A DNA stretch of 64,000 nt, taken from NCBI GenBank assembly GCA_900546695.1, contig URDX01000001.1, positions 96,614-160,613 on the forward strand, given 5' to 3'. Origin of the DNA: an uncultured Eubacteriales bacterium. Its GTDB lineage: Bacteria; Bacillota; Clostridia; Oscillospirales; CAG-272. The position numbers were made by a program, and so were the translations under genes. The notes under the pieces are model-generated. The model did not search any database, was not told the origin of the DNA, and worked only from the letters and a program-made list of their open reading frames with translations. This document shows, in pieces, positions 63,292 to 64,000 of this stretch (the stretch's first letter is position 1; the number at the start of each line of letters is the position of its first letter).

Positions 63292-64000
63292 ATGAAAAAC
63301 AAGCTGCTGCTCCTATCACTGCTGACGGCTCTCTGCCTGACCGCGCTGCCCTGCGCGGCGGCTGAGACCGAAGAACAGCCCGACCCGCCGCTGACAGGCG
63401 AAACGCAGATAGTTCACGAGCCCGCGCCGTCGGTCATAAGACGGGTAACGCTCGATGTCGGCTCGGTACCCGAGACCGAAGCGGACGACGAAACGCAGCC
63501 CGAGACCGCCGACCCGACCGCCCCCGCAGATGACTCCGCCGCTGACGGAGCAGGAACCGAAACCACCGTCCCCGCCGACACGAGCGAGACCGGGGAAACA
63601 CTCCGCACCGAGCTCGGCGCGATAGACCCCGGACCCGAAAGCGACGCGCAGGGCGGAACGGCGGTGCTTATCGGCGCGGCAATTGCCGCAGCCGCCGCGA
63701 TCGGTGCTGTCGTTGTTTTCCGCCGCGGCGGAACGCTTGACAAGAGAAATGCGCCGAGCGGAGACGGCACGGCGGATGATGCCGATGCGGATATCGCCGA
63801 CACCGACATAACCGACACAGCCGACACAGCATCCGACGGCAATGCAACATCCGACGGCAATGCAACATCCGACGGCAATGCAACATCCGACGGCAATACA
63901 ACATCCGACGGAAATACAGCGTCCGATGATAATGCGGCATCCGACGACGAAAAATCAAACGTAAGCGCCGATGCAACGGCCGCAGGCGCGGCTCCGAACG
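63292..64000 (+). CDS. Single-pass membrane protein with acidic ectodomain and SDGN[AT]T repeat tail, 3'-partial (runs off the right edge)
   Basis: Absent from the ORF track because there is no stop in the window. AAAGGA lies 7 nt upstream of ATG 63292. Signal peptide MKNKLLLLSLLTALCLTALPCAAAE. TM segment AVLIGAAIAAAAAIGAVVVF. Then ..ASDGNATSDGNATSDGNATSDGNTTSDGNTASDDNAASDD.. The frame is open to position 64000. Confidence 0.6.
   Translation, partial: MKNKLLLLSLLTALCLTALPCAAAETEEQPDPPLTGETQIVHEPAPSVIRRVTLDVGSVPETEADDETQPETADPTAPADDSAADGAGTETTVPADTSETGETLRTELGAIDPGPESDAQGGTAVLIGAAIAAAAAIGAVVVFRRGGTLDKRNAPSGDGTADDADADIADTDITDTADTASDGNATSDGNATSDGNATSDGNTTSDGNTASDDNAASDDEKSNVSADATAAGAAPN
63829..63947. 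repeat. In-frame 18-bp tandem repeat (about 6 copies, 3-4 near perfect)
   Basis: ACATCCGACGGCAATGCA is reiterated and degenerates toward the 3' end (..GGAAATACAGCGTCCGATGATAATGCGGCATCCGACGAC). Confidence 0.85.

Noticed and set aside
63829-63947. Short tandem repeats (also 29941-30038, 43670-43723 and 52061-52136) considered as a CRISPR array
   Set aside because: The units are contiguous, with no spacers. They are 15-36 bp long, mostly in-frame inside coding sequences, and there are no cas genes in the window.

Overview
This 64-kb chromosomal segment looks like a high-GC, spore-forming Clostridia genome (roughly 58-62% GC by eye). Cohesin and dockerin modules suggest an Oscillospiraceae/Ruminococcaceae-like lineage. 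The housekeeping backbone is: cysE (partial at the left edge), pyrR-pyrP with a PyrR attenuator, alaS, rplU-prp-rpmA, queT behind a preQ1-I riboswitch, rsmG-mnmG, four tRNAs, a MarR regulator with two ABC exporter genes, and an ABC/GldG/DUF4340 operon. Several accessory or unusual features sit on this backbone. (1) A lower-GC island of about 9 kb (10.25-19.3 kb) carries two tandem giant secreted proteins. Their last ~305 codons, 3' UTR and terminator form a 980-bp duplicate that appears identical in both copies. (2) A TerB-N/TerB-C protein and a DUF2791-type P-loop ATPase are translationally coupled and lie directly upstream of alaS. They resemble two of the three parts of the TerB-ATPase-helicase (Shango-type) triad, but no helicase is present. 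(3) A ~35-aa Cys-rich module recurs in three proteins, one of which shares an operon with an orphan winged-helix regulator. (4) A ~215-bp element with inverted-repeat ends occurs in three copies, two of them placed right after terminators. (5) A 5' fragment of a group IIC-like intron follows a tRNA-Gly terminator. (6) A scar fuses the N-terminus of a radical-SAM/SPASM maturase to the C-terminus of an ABC exporter. (7) A very low-GC XRE + SLOG(DUF1273) islet is bordered by 19-bp tandem repeats. The supplied ORF track misses three real CDS: two run off the window edges and one is a 57-aa ferredoxin. It also uses alternative start codons that over-extend several genes. All family assignments rest on motif recognition by eye and need confirmation by HMM or covariance-model searches.
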